A program made the translations under genes and the position numbers. From contig CAMRSV010000001.1 in NCBI GenBank assembly GCA_947053455.1, positions 96,001 to 160,000 on the forward strand: 64,000 nt of DNA, given 5' to 3'. The stretch is from an uncultured Alphaproteobacteria bacterium (GTDB lineage Bacteria; Pseudomonadota; Alphaproteobacteria; Rs-D84). The notes beneath the pieces were generated by a model, which was given only the letters and a program-made list of their open reading frames with translations, was not told the origin of the DNA and did not search any database. Shown piece by piece: positions 10,572 through 19,647 of the stretch. Within the stretch, counting starts at the first letter, position 1. Every line of letters begins with the position of its first letter.

Positions 10572-10646
10572 TGGTGCGGGCAGCGGGAATCGAACCCGCA
10601 TTTCAAGCTTGGAAGGCTTGCATACTAGCCTTTGTACTATGCCCGC
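10572..10646 (-). tRNA. tRNA-Gly(TCC)
   Basis: GCGGGCA/TGCCCGC acceptor stem, anticodon loop CTTCCAA, GGTTCGATTCC, CCA. Confidence 0.96.
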
Positions 10647-10665
10647 ACAAATTGTAAGCGTCGTT

Positions 10666-10693
10666 ATTATATACCAATTTTCCCAGAACGCAA
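10666..10693 (-). promoter_or_regulatory. Sigma70 promoter of the tRNA operon
   Basis: TTGCGT-N16-TATAAT about 20 nt upstream of tRNA-Gly. Confidence 0.6.
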
Positions 10694-10697
10694 GCCA

Positions 10698-11078
10698 TTA
10701 TTTTTGACCCGCGATTTCATAACTGGCCGAAAGCAGCCGGCAAATATCACGCGTTGCCATGCGCCCATCCAAAACAACGGTCACCCAATGGCGCTTGTTC
10801 ATATGATAGCCTGGAAATATCTTCTTTTTATCCACAATAAAATCCGTCACATCCGGGGCGCATCTAACATCCAAAATTTCCACAGCGTCATCCCCTGCAT
10901 CGGGTATTATTTTGTTCCCCGCAACCGTCAGCAATACGCCAAACCATTTTTCGTTGTCAGCGCGACGCCATACGGCATTACCCGGCGAACGCACCCACAA
11001 AAATTCTAATTCGCGATTATAATTTTTGCGAACATATTCAATAATTTCATGTGCTTGATTTGTTTTAAACGTATTCAT
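10698..11078 (-). CDS. MmcQ/YjbR family DNA-binding protein
   Basis: EFLW..SPGNAVWR, KWFG, PGYHMNKRHW; start placed at ATG 11078 to avoid overlap. Confidence 0.88.
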   Translation of the reverse strand: MNTFKTNQAHEIIEYVRKNYNRELEFLWVRSPGNAVWRRADNEKWFGVLLTVAGNKIIPDAGDDAVEILDVRCAPDVTDFIVDKKKIFPGYHMNKRHWVTVVLDGRMATRDICRLLSASYEIAGQK

Positions 11079-11082
11079 GGCG

Positions 11083-11604
11083 CTATTCAATAGGCGGAAA
11101 ACATTCGCCATCATCGCGGCAGCATGCAAACACCAAATTTCCCAAATCCTTGAACTTTTCACCCGTACAACACCCAAATCTATTCGGCCGCGTCCCGTCC
11201 GCGCACAAACCCGCATTTATGTTTGCGGCAATTTCTTCGGCAGACAAAGATTTAGGCGCCGGTTCCTCAACAGGTTCTGCAACAACATCATCCGGCGCAT
11301 CCGGCGTCTCAATCGGCAACGTGTCCGCAACAGGTGCCGCAACCTCATCCGCACGACCGGAACCGCGGCGCTTAACACTGCGCACAACGCAGTCACGCCG
11401 ATACATAATCTGCAATTGTGCAAGACGTGCCGCATCCTCGTCAGTGGGATTGGAAAGCGCACTTAATTTCGAAATTTCTGCATTTACCGCAACGCAGTCT
11501 GTTCGTTGCGCAACCGTCGATGCGGTATCGTCCGCGAGCCCTGCTGACATTGCCAACATGCCGGAAATCATGCACATACAAAGTTTTTTACAAATATTAT
11601 TCAT
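11083..11604 (-). CDS. Secreted Cys-rich hypothetical protein
   Basis: Signal-peptide-like N-terminus, acidic Pro linker, C-terminal CxxGxxPxxFGCC..CC..C domain. Confidence 0.7.
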   Translation of the reverse strand: MNNICKKLCMCMISGMLAMSAGLADDTASTVAQRTDCVAVNAEISKLSALSNPTDEDAARLAQLQIMYRRDCVVRSVKRRGSGRADEVAAPVADTLPIETPDAPDDVVAEPVEEPAPKSLSAEEIAANINAGLCADGTRPNRFGCCTGEKFKDLGNLVFACCRDDGECFPPIE

Positions 11605-12493
11605 TGACTATCTTTTCCAGATCCAAAATAAAATCTATTGCCGGGTCCGTTATTTTTTGAACCTTGTTAATAACATCCTGCGCGGCAGATTTCATTTGCA
11701 AACGCTTATAGGTTTCAACAACTTCAACGGTATCTTCCGGGGGCATTTTATCATCGGATATACCGCGGGCGATTTCCAATTCACGTGCCGCAAGACGCGT
11801 ATATTTTTTTGCGTTTTCCGAACAACCCCGTTCAGCCAATTGGGCATAAATTTTTGCACACTCTATATGATTATCATTGCAATCCTGAATACGCCAATTC
11901 AATGAATCTTCTACAACTTCACATGGGCGCTTATTTTTATACCCCCCAAGCGATGTTATGATTTCTTTTTCGCGATTAATCAATCCTTGATATTTTTCCT
12001 TGTTTTCGGCACATCCGTTTTCAATTAAATTCTGATAAATGCTAATATTATAATCATGCGCATAAAGGTTAGTATCTGTTTCTTCATACAAATTGCCAAT
12101 CTGCATCATTTCAATAACTTCGCACGCGCGCATGTCGGCGGTATCTATTTTTTTGGGTTTCTTATCAGGCTCTTGTTCGGGTATTACGCGCCCTATACAA
12201 TTTACCGAATAAATTTGATTTAATTCACGCAGTTTTGATACGCACTCGTCTGAACGGCATCCGTAACCATTACCAGCATCGACAATACGTTGTGAAATCT
12301 GGTCGCATTGAGATTTGCTCATTCCAATAACACTGCCCGAACGCGACATATTACCATTAAATGTCATCCCAACCATCAATCCGCACGCAAACAAACCACC
12401 CAGCGCAATAACGCCCATTATCCGTTGACGTGACACAACATTGGCACTGCGTCCCGCTGATGTGACAATTAAATTTTTATCCTGCTGTTTCAT
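11597..12493 (-). CDS. Membrane-anchored Cys-rich hypothetical protein with internal repeat
   Basis: N-terminal TM; two RxCEV.E...L.E.GC.EN..KY..L..RE.EI repeats; AGGAG SD. Confidence 0.75.
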   Translation of the reverse strand: MKQQDKNLIVTSAGRSANVVSRQRIMGVIALGGLFACGLMVGMTFNGNMSRSGSVIGMSKSQCDQISQRIVDAGNGYGCRSDECVSKLRELNQIYSVNCIGRVIPEQEPDKKPKKIDTADMRACEVIEMMQIGNLYEETDTNLYAHDYNISIYQNLIENGCAENKEKYQGLINREKEIITSLGGYKNKRPCEVVEDSLNWRIQDCNDNHIECAKIYAQLAERGCSENAKKYTRLAARELEIARGISDDKMPPEDTVEVVETYKRLQMKSAAQDVINKVQKITDPAIDFILDLEKIVNE

Positions 12494-12515
12494 GTTCTCT
12501 CTCCTGTTAAAAAAT

Positions 12516-13226
12516 CTATTTTACGATGCCGTCTTTTATAGTAATCGTTCTATCCGCACGCGATGCCAGATTCATGTCATGCGTAACAAACAGCATGGCC
12601 ATCTTGTTCCTGCGCACCAAATCCAACAACAGTTCAAATACAGACGCCGCGTGCGCCGGATCCAGACTTCCAGTTGGTTCGTCCGCCAACAGTATGTCAG
12701 GCTTATTTGCCAACGCACGTGCGACGGCGGTGCGCTGCTGTTCGCCGCCGGACATTTGTCCGGGCATATGTGACGCACGGTGTGCAACATTTGCGGCACG
12801 CATCAATTTCATCGCACGCGATGCGGACACATCGCCATCCACACCAGCCGCCATCATAGGCAGCATGACATTTTCCAATGCGGTAAAGTCAGACAGCAGA
12901 TTATGACGCTGATAAACAAAGCCGATTTTGTCACGCCGCAAATCCGTACGCATTTCCTCACTCATTTTTTGCACGGGGTGGCCGGCGATTAAAATACTAC
13001 CTGCGGTTGGCCTATCAAGAAGCCCCACGCACTGCAACAATGTTGACTTTCCAGAACCCGATGGTCCAACAAGTGCCACAATTTCGCCGCGATGCAAATC
13101 AAATCCGCCGCCACGTAGAATATGCAGTGGCTGGCCACCTTCCATAAATGTCTTTTTTATGTCACGCACAGACATCACCACATCCGGTGCCTGCATTTTA
13201 GATAAAGATTTCAATATGTTCGCCAT
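12516..13226 (-). CDS. lolD: Lipoprotein-releasing ABC transporter ATPase LolD
   Basis: GPSGSGKST, GFVYQ.H.LL.DF LolD motif, SGGEQQR, ADEPTG. Confidence 0.93.
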   Translation of the reverse strand: MANILKSLSKMQAPDVVMSVRDIKKTFMEGGQPLHILRGGGFDLHRGEIVALVGPSGSGKSTLLQCVGLLDRPTAGSILIAGHPVQKMSEEMRTDLRRDKIGFVYQRHNLLSDFTALENVMLPMMAAGVDGDVSASRAMKLMRAANVAHRASHMPGQMSGGEQQRTAVARALANKPDILLADEPTGSLDPAHAASVFELLLDLVRRNKMAMLFVTHDMNLASRADRTITIKDGIVK

Positions 13227-13235
13227 TTATATCAC

Positions 13236-14492
13236 CTATTCATTACGCAGTACATCAACGGGGTCTGTGGAAGATGCCTTCCATGCGGGATAAAGCGTCG
13301 CCAAAAACGACAATGCGATTGCCAGCACAGCAATACCTGCAACAGTTGTCCAAACAAGCTTTGACGGCAGTTCAGATAGATAATAAAGTTCGGCCGGAAA
13401 CAAATCACGCCCGGTAATAAACTGTACACCACGGCGTATCGGTTCTATGTATATTGCCATCAGCACGCCAATAATCGTTCCGGCCGCCGCCCCTATTGCA
13501 CCGATGCTGGTACCGGAGAGAATAAAAATCTTCATCATTGACCGGCGCGACACACCAAAAGTGCGCAGCACCGCAATATCCTTTGACTTATCCTTGACCA
13601 GCATAACCAGACTGGACACTATGTTAAACGCAGCGACTATTACAATCAGCATCAGTATCAAAAACATGACATTTGATTCCACCTGAAGCGCGCCAACAAA
13701 TCCGCGGTTAAGTTCACGCCAATCACGAACAACAAACCCATCCGGCAACAGCCGCCCCAGGGCAGAAGCCACCGCGGTAGTATCTTCTGGATTTTTTAGG
13801 AACAAATCTATATGCGTAACCGCATCACCAATATTTAAGTATTTTTGCGCCGTCGCAAGCGGCATAAATATGTAGCCTGAATCATATTCATACATTCCCA
13901 TAAAGAACGAGGACATAACCGGATATGCCATTATTCGTGGCATCGTTCCAAATGGCGTAGGCGTTGCACCATTTGCGGAAACTAGCGATATGTTATCGCC
14001 CATTGTCACCCCCAGCGCACGCGTCAGAGAATTACCGGCAACCAATTGGCCGTCCTTAATTTTATCCAGAGCTGTTCCGTAAATTTTTGTTCCGTTTGCC
14101 ACTTTTGCCGCCAAGTCGCGCATACGTATGCCGCGTATCATGGCGCCTGTGCTGTTACCGTTCGCTGTTGCCATCGCCTGCCCCTCGGCAACGGGAACAA
14201 TTGATGTTACGCGCGACACCACAACCTTGTTTGATTGCATTTTTTCAACCAAGTAATCATAATCTGAAATCGCGCCATCCTGGTGGTAAACGACGACATG
14301 ACCATTCATACCGACGATACGCGACAACAGCGTGTCGTGAAATCCCCCCATTACCGACATAACCACAATCAGGGTCGCAACCCCCAACATTATTCCAATC
14401 AACGATACCCACGAAATTACGGAGCCAAACCCCCGCTTTTTAGCCCACATATATCTATAGGCAACCTTTCGCTCCAATTTTGAGAACAGCAT
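13236..14492 (-). CDS. lolC: Lipoprotein-releasing permease LolC/E (LolF type)
   Basis: LGVATLIVVMSVMGGF, AAFNIVSSLVMLVKDK..DIAVLRT, LATLYPAWKA. Confidence 0.93.
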   Translation of the reverse strand: MLFSKLERKVAYRYMWAKKRGFGSVISWVSLIGIMLGVATLIVVMSVMGGFHDTLLSRIVGMNGHVVVYHQDGAISDYDYLVEKMQSNKVVVSRVTSIVPVAEGQAMATANGNSTGAMIRGIRMRDLAAKVANGTKIYGTALDKIKDGQLVAGNSLTRALGVTMGDNISLVSANGATPTPFGTMPRIMAYPVMSSFFMGMYEYDSGYIFMPLATAQKYLNIGDAVTHIDLFLKNPEDTTAVASALGRLLPDGFVVRDWRELNRGFVGALQVESNVMFLILMLIVIVAAFNIVSSLVMLVKDKSKDIAVLRTFGVSRRSMMKIFILSGTSIGAIGAAAGTIIGVLMAIYIEPIRRGVQFITGRDLFPAELYYLSELPSKLVWTTVAGIAVLAIALSFLATLYPAWKASSTDPVDVLRNE

Positions 14493-14506
14493 TTTCCACC
14501 TTTCCC

Positions 14507-15829
14507 TTATTCACTTAAAAATGCACGCAGCGCGTCACCGGCCAGCGGCGTCATCGCATTGTTCGGAACATCGGCCGGATCAACAATAGATATTATGCGC
14601 GGACTCATGAACACGACCAATTCTGCGAACGGCGAAATCAAAGTCTCGGGCGTCGTCACAAACGCGTGCGTCGGTATTCCGATAATCACATAATTATCCC
14701 CGACATTTGACGGAATGTTAAATGACGACAATTCACCGCCACTGGTTCGCAAGACTATTTTTGCATCAATCTTCTTGTATCCGCCGTAATCACCATATTT
14801 TCCGGTGGCTCCTATAATCAAATCTGTTTCCAGGCGTTCTTCCTTGCCACACTGACCAATGTCAAAGCGCGACTGCCACCCATTTGGAATTACAAACGTC
14901 CCCTGGGAAATAAGAACCACGTTCGCCTGCTGGTTCAAGAATTCCTGCAACGTTTTGGTGTTTATTTCTGGACTTACAACCAATGCGCGGCCAACAACAC
15001 CCGGGATTGACATTTTTACATTATTTTCCCCAAATGCCGGCAACAGATTCATCCAAACAATCGGATTGTCCGTACGTGGATAAACACGGTAAACGTCAAT
15101 ATCCCACGCCAGCATGTATTTTTTTGAAGAAACATCGGATATTATGCGCGCTACTTCGCGTTCAGTCTGGTAATTACCCTCAAACACGACTGTCTTGTCC
15201 TGCCAGTTAACAAGAAGATTACGCATGTCTGCGCCGTGCATCGCATCCAGCAACGCCATTATAATGCTTTCGTCACGCGGCATTTTTATCATCCACTTTG
15301 CGCGGTGGTCCAGATGAATTTCACCGGCATCGGCATCATAGTAATAATACACGCGCCCCATTTTTGACATCAATTCCACCGCATCGGACAGCGTGCCACT
15401 TGATATAGTGCCGGAAATTTTTTCATACAACTCCTCATCTTCTATCACTGAAATATCCGTCCCATCCAGCAACTTGTCCAACGCCTGCTTTACCGTTTGT
15501 TCGGAAAAATCATAATCCGACACCTGCAGTTCGGGCATATCATCACCCGTTCCCAGACGTACAATTTCGATTCTTTCCTCTGGAACAACGGAAACAACAC
15601 TTTGATTGTTCCAGTCAACCTCGCAACGCTTTGGCAGGTCAATGGAAAACCGGCGTGCCGTATCAGTTGTCAATGCCGCCTTTTTCGGAAAAATCGGAAC
15701 GGAATTTTCATCAATAACCAAACTGTCGACAACAGTCACAGTGTCGTAATTTTGCACCGGAGTATTGCTTTGCGTGCATGCCACCAAAGCCGTCGCAATA
15801 AATATTCCAAAAATCTCTTTTATTTTCAT
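14507..15829 (-). CDS. Lipoprotein secretin-like protein (PilN/BfpB type IVb pilus family), divergent
   Basis: Lipobox LVAC; N0-like SGTLSDAVELMS..GRVYYYY; C-terminal ELVVFMSPRII secretin-type motif. Confidence 0.6.
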   Translation of the reverse strand: MKIKEIFGIFIATALVACTQSNTPVQNYDTVTVVDSLVIDENSVPIFPKKAALTTDTARRFSIDLPKRCEVDWNNQSVVSVVPEERIEIVRLGTGDDMPELQVSDYDFSEQTVKQALDKLLDGTDISVIEDEELYEKISGTISSGTLSDAVELMSKMGRVYYYYDADAGEIHLDHRAKWMIKMPRDESIIMALLDAMHGADMRNLLVNWQDKTVVFEGNYQTEREVARIISDVSSKKYMLAWDIDVYRVYPRTDNPIVWMNLLPAFGENNVKMSIPGVVGRALVVSPEINTKTLQEFLNQQANVVLISQGTFVIPNGWQSRFDIGQCGKEERLETDLIIGATGKYGDYGGYKKIDAKIVLRTSGGELSSFNIPSNVGDNYVIIGIPTHAFVTTPETLISPFAELVVFMSPRIISIVDPADVPNNAMTPLAGDALRAFLSE

Positions 15830-15843
15830 GATTAAACCTGTGC

Positions 15844-16167
15844 TTAAATGTTCATTATTTTCTCAAATTCTTCCAATGTCATTTCATAAAACGGTCTCTG
15901 GGTCGGCGTTGCCAAATCGCGCACGCGTTCAAATTGTTCTGCGAACCGTTTAATCAATGCATCTATCTCTGGCGGTATGGGCGCCCCGGACGATATTAAA
16001 CGACGCCCGTATTCCGTAATATATTCCAGCGCATCCGCCGCAAAGAAACGCCCAACATAATTTTCCATGGCAATTGCGCCCTTTTGCACACAAATTGCAG
16101 ACATTACCATCATAGTCTGGTTGTAATAATTTGCCAGTTTGATAAAATTTTGAACAGTTATGGCCAT
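15844..16167 (-). CDS. Hypothetical protein
   Basis: 107 aa ORF with AAGGGA SD, fills the gap between genes. Confidence 0.65.
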   Translation of the reverse strand: MAITVQNFIKLANYYNQTMMVMSAICVQKGAIAMENYVGRFFAADALEYITEYGRRLISSGAPIPPEIDALIKRFAEQFERVRDLATPTQRPFYEMTLEEFEKIMNI

Positions 16168-16242
16168 GCGCGGTGTCCCTTCCCTTTTTATGCATTATAA
16201 AAACTATTGCCCCGGTAAGGCAATTAAATTATAATAAAAAAC

Positions 16243-16623
16243 ATGAGAATAAAATTCTTGGCATTATTTTTGGTTCTTTCGGCATGTGCGTCCCCAAACC
16301 GCGGCAGCATTGATAACGCGACTGTCCTAAACTGGGAGAATGAGGCCGTAACCACCGAACAGTTTGTCCGTGACCACAAGGCCTGCCTGGGGATAACCAA
16401 GCCGTCATATATACCACGTTCACGGATTGCAAAACTGCTTGCCCCGAACCAGAGCGGCATTATGCCGGATTGGGACGGTCTTTGGGTGACGTTCCAATCA
16501 AATGAATACAAGGATGTCGGCCAGCGCAATCTAATGAGTGTCCCACGCAACACGACATCGAAATCGGTCGGTGCATATAGAAAATGCATGTTCCGCCGCG
16601 GGTATTTGTTACGCGCAATGTAA
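16243..16623 (+). CDS. Hypothetical lipoprotein
   Basis: LVLSAC lipobox; D..AC and Y..CM..RGY Cys pair. Confidence 0.72.
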   Translation: MRIKFLALFLVLSACASPNRGSIDNATVLNWENEAVTTEQFVRDHKACLGITKPSYIPRSRIAKLLAPNQSGIMPDWDGLWVTFQSNEYKDVGQRNLMSVPRNTTSKSVGAYRKCMFRRGYLLRAM

Positions 16624-16677
16624 AATTTATAGCCTCCCCCCTTTTAACTTTCATGATTTTGTGATATAATTTATGAC

Positions 16678-17358
16678 ATGAAACGTTCTATATTGTTTTG
16701 GTTATATTTTATTGTTGCCATATTATTGGCGATTTACATGTCGGTGCGCCTAATTACACTGGGCGGTGCGCGCCACGGTCCCGTTTTTGTCCGAAATATT
16801 TCAATTTCCGCCGACGCCCCGGGCAAGGATTTGTCTGCCTTGGCGGCCAGTGCCGCCATCGCGCCAGGTACGCGCACATATGCGGTTGATTTAAATTCGC
16901 TGGCCATGCGTATTGGGGCGGTGCCCAGCGTTCGTGCGGTGGCGGTGCGACGTCTGCCGAACGGAAATCTTTCGGTACATGTGAAATTGCATCACGTTGT
17001 TGCACAATGGACCGACGGCGAAAAATTTTTCCCACTGTCCGTTGATGGAACTATTGTTAACACCCCCGGACAAACACGCGACAACGACGGCATTTTATTC
17101 CGTGGCGACCTGCCCGAAGATGTTTCGCAGATAACAAACGCGGTACAACGCATTGCCGGCGACATAGATTATATGGAATGGATTGAAAACCGACGCTGGA
17201 ATCTGGTGACACAGGGCGGTATAACGGTTATGCTGCCGGAAAAGAATGCGGCAGACGCGATTGGCGCATTGATTGTTATGAATACAAACCATGGCATTTT
17301 GAACAAACAAATTAGCGTCATTGACATGCGCGACAGTGCACGCATACTAGTAAAATAA
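16678..17358 (+). CDS. ftsQ: Cell division protein FtsQ
   Basis: TM plus POTRA (VRAVAVRRLPNG.L), RRWNL, IDMR; directly upstream of ftsA. Confidence 0.88.
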   Translation: MKRSILFWLYFIVAILLAIYMSVRLITLGGARHGPVFVRNISISADAPGKDLSALAASAAIAPGTRTYAVDLNSLAMRIGAVPSVRAVAVRRLPNGNLSVHVKLHHVVAQWTDGEKFFPLSVDGTIVNTPGQTRDNDGILFRGDLPEDVSQITNAVQRIAGDIDYMEWIENRRWNLVTQGGITVMLPEKNAADAIGALIVMNTNHGILNKQISVIDMRDSARILVK

Positions 17359-17365
17359 AAACGAA

Positions 17366-19147
17366 ATGAACCTGTTTGATTCATCTTTTCTGTGTCTTGA
17401 CATCGGGACAAGCGGCGTTCGCGGCATTGCACACCGAATAAAATCGGGTCAGATTGACAAGTCCGCGGTATTTTCAATACAAAGCCCGGACATCGCATTC
17501 GCATTGATGTCAGTGGTTGACGAATTGGAACGCCAAATCGGGGTTCATTTTGATTCTGCCTTTGTTACCGGAAATTTTGGAAATGCCGCATTTGACATAT
17601 CGTTAAAAAGCATACGCTGGTCTGGGGAACATAAAATAACACCCGCCGACATTAAAATGCAGGCTTCACAAATAACACCACCGGACGGTTTTTTCCCCAT
17701 GCACATAATACCGCTGCGATATGATACGCCCGGGGCACGAAACATGGACAGTCCAATTGGCCACACGGATAGACAACTGATGTCTATATTTTCATCAATA
17801 TCATATGCACACGCCAGACTGGACAAAATCCAGGCGGCATTGCGCCGCGCGCATATCCAGGCCAACGGATTCTATGACCCGCAATTTTTAATGAACGCCA
17901 CCATACGTCAAAAAAAGCAGGTTGCAATGTTCATTGATTTTGGCAATGAATTCGTATCTGCATCCATCTGGACGGATCGCGGACCTGTGTGGCTTGAAAA
18001 ATTTCCAAATGGCGGCGGTGAAATCACAACCGCAATTTCAGAAAAAATGCAAATAGACCCGACAGAGGCCACACGCATCAAACACGCCAGCATCAGCATG
18101 ATACCACGCGAAATGGATAGGTTCACACCGGCCGATACCGCGTATGAATTTTCACGCGCTGACATTTGCGAAATTGCGGTTCCGCATATCATGAACACAA
18201 TCGCCGCCATACTTGAGGCGGCCAGCAGCGTTCTGGAAAAATACAAACCGTCCCTAATAACAATATGCGGTGGCGGCGCAGAAATCGACGGTATTTCAGA
18301 CGTAATTGAAAGCGCCTTTGGAATAAAAGTTGACGTCGCACCGCCGGATGCGGTTGTACGTGCATTGTCAAATTACATATGGAATTGCGAAGAGGCACAC
18401 CGCCAAGCCTATTCGGCCAGGCGCGAAAAATTAGCGCGTTATAAAGAAAAAATAACAAAATTATTTCACCGCCGCCGTATCAAAAAACGCACACGTTTCA
18501 TCCCGATTTTGCCAAGCACACTGTGCTTTAACATGAAAAGTCCGGTAACATATTCACTGTTTCAGTCGGGCGGAATATCTATGATTCATGTCGATATAAT
18601 GGATGGCCTTTATGTTGACCGCATTGCGGGCGGAATTGATGAACTAAAATATATTCGGGCACACACACGTGCACATCTTCATGTCCATTTAATGACCGAA
18701 AGCCCGGGTGTCTGGGCGGCGGACGCGGCGGCGGCGGGCGCGAACACAATAATATTATCGACAAACACATCGGGATTGCGCGCCGCGCTGCGCGCAGTGC
18801 GTGCGGGCGGCCGACGGGCGGGCGTCGCACTTAACCCCGATTCACCTGTTTCATTATTAAAACCGATTTTACGTGATGTGGATGAAATAATGGTGATGAC
18901 TGTCGCCCCTGGTGCGGCAGGTCAGGCGTTTCATCCCGAATGCCTACATAAAATATCTGTACTGGCGGCGACACGCAAAAAATATGGATTAAAATTTACA
19001 ATATCCGTGGACGGCGGAATAAACGACAAAACGGCGCCCCTATGCTGGGAGGCTGGTGCCGACCTGCTGGTTAGCGGTTCATACCTGGCACGCAGTTCTG
19101 ATTTTCCACTTGCGGTCCAAAGCCTGCTAAAGAAAAGCGGTGATTAA
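17366..19147 (+). CDS. FtsA-like actin ATPase fused to ribulose-phosphate 3-epimerase (Rpe)
   Basis: N-part LDIGTS, IDFG, GG..IT..I, CGGGA; C-part from ~18500 ILPSTL, IHVDIMDG, VHLM, GVALNP, MTV.PG, VDGGIN, GADLLVSGS; single open frame. Confidence 0.88.
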   Translation: MNLFDSSFLCLDIGTSGVRGIAHRIKSGQIDKSAVFSIQSPDIAFALMSVVDELERQIGVHFDSAFVTGNFGNAAFDISLKSIRWSGEHKITPADIKMQASQITPPDGFFPMHIIPLRYDTPGARNMDSPIGHTDRQLMSIFSSISYAHARLDKIQAALRRAHIQANGFYDPQFLMNATIRQKKQVAMFIDFGNEFVSASIWTDRGPVWLEKFPNGGGEITTAISEKMQIDPTEATRIKHASISMIPREMDRFTPADTAYEFSRADICEIAVPHIMNTIAAILEAASSVLEKYKPSLITICGGGAEIDGISDVIESAFGIKVDVAPPDAVVRALSNYIWNCEEAHRQAYSARREKLARYKEKITKLFHRRRIKKRTRFIPILPSTLCFNMKSPVTYSLFQSGGISMIHVDIMDGLYVDRIAGGIDELKYIRAHTRAHLHVHLMTESPGVWAADAAAAGANTIILSTNTSGLRAALRAVRAGGRRAGVALNPDSPVSLLKPILRDVDEIMVMTVAPGAAGQAFHPECLHKISVLAATRKKYGLKFTISVDGGINDKTAPLCWEAGADLLVSGSYLARSSDFPLAVQSLLKKSGD

Positions 19148-19172
19148 AAATCCCGGGTAAACCCGGGATTTT
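19146..19172. terminator. Bidirectional terminator
   Basis: AAAAATCCCGGG-taaa-CCCGGGATTTT. Confidence 0.8.
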
Positions 19173-19325
19173 CGAACAATGCTCTTTTCTGAACTCATCT
19201 GAATTCAAATGAATCCATAGGGATGTGGGTTCGGGACTATAAAAGCCCTCGATTAGGCAGTGCTCGCATGCGTTATTTATCCGCACGGTTGCATTCGCAA
19301 CAAAAGCACTATGACCCATATTTAA
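19173..19325 (-). ncRNA. Candidate structured small RNA, unknown family
   Basis: Nested helices with G-U pairs favouring the minus strand; extended -10 upstream; runs into the 19146-19172 terminator. Confidence 0.35.
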
Positions 19326-19368
19326 TGAAAATATAACAAGTACCTTTTCCCAGGAAACATTGCAACGC

Positions 19369-19397
19369 TTGTATTTTTTTATTCGTTCTGATAGCAT
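19369..19397 (+). promoter_or_regulatory. Sigma70 promoter of the C4-like leader
   Basis: TTGTAT-N17-TAGCAT. Confidence 0.55.
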
Positions 19398-19403
19398 AAC
19401 AAT

Positions 19404-19626
19404 GAAACCAAATGGGATATGGTTTTAGGACCGTTAGAAAGTCCTTGATTCGACGGCGCATTGCGCGCTGGTTTTTGCGTCGGTGTTTTTTAACGCCGAT
19501 GGTTCCTGACATTTATCCTGGTCAGGAAGCTGCTGTCATACAACAGGGATTACCCGAAAGCAGCAGGGTCATTTCGAATCATGATTTTCTAAACTTCCTG
19601 ACCGCCGATTCCCATGGCGGTTTCTT
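19404..19626 (+). ncRNA. C4/CI-antisense-like structured leader (a1b1 sites + three-way junction + terminator-like hairpin)
   Basis: P1 GGTCAGGAAG/CTTCCTGACC, P2 CTGCTG/CAGCAG, P3 loop TCGAATC complementary to upstream GATTCGA, junction TTTCTAA complementary to upstream loop TTAGAAA. Confidence 0.65.
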
Positions 19627-19647
19627 CGTTAAACCAAGGAAGATATC

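Noticed and set aside
11150-11905. Long antisense ORFs in the track (e.g. 11150-11905, 2028-2822, 23629-24564, 36693-37505)
   Set aside because: Shadow frames opposite well-supported genes.
19071-19512. Minus-strand ORFs of 108 aa and 67 aa
   Set aside because: They cross a terminator, promoters and the ftsA-rpe gene; no coding signature.
19427-19570. RNase P (GAAAGTCC) or SRP (CAGG..AGCAG) RNA
   Set aside because: Full consensus motifs GAGGAAAGTCC and CAGGTCCGGAAGGAAGCAG are absent.
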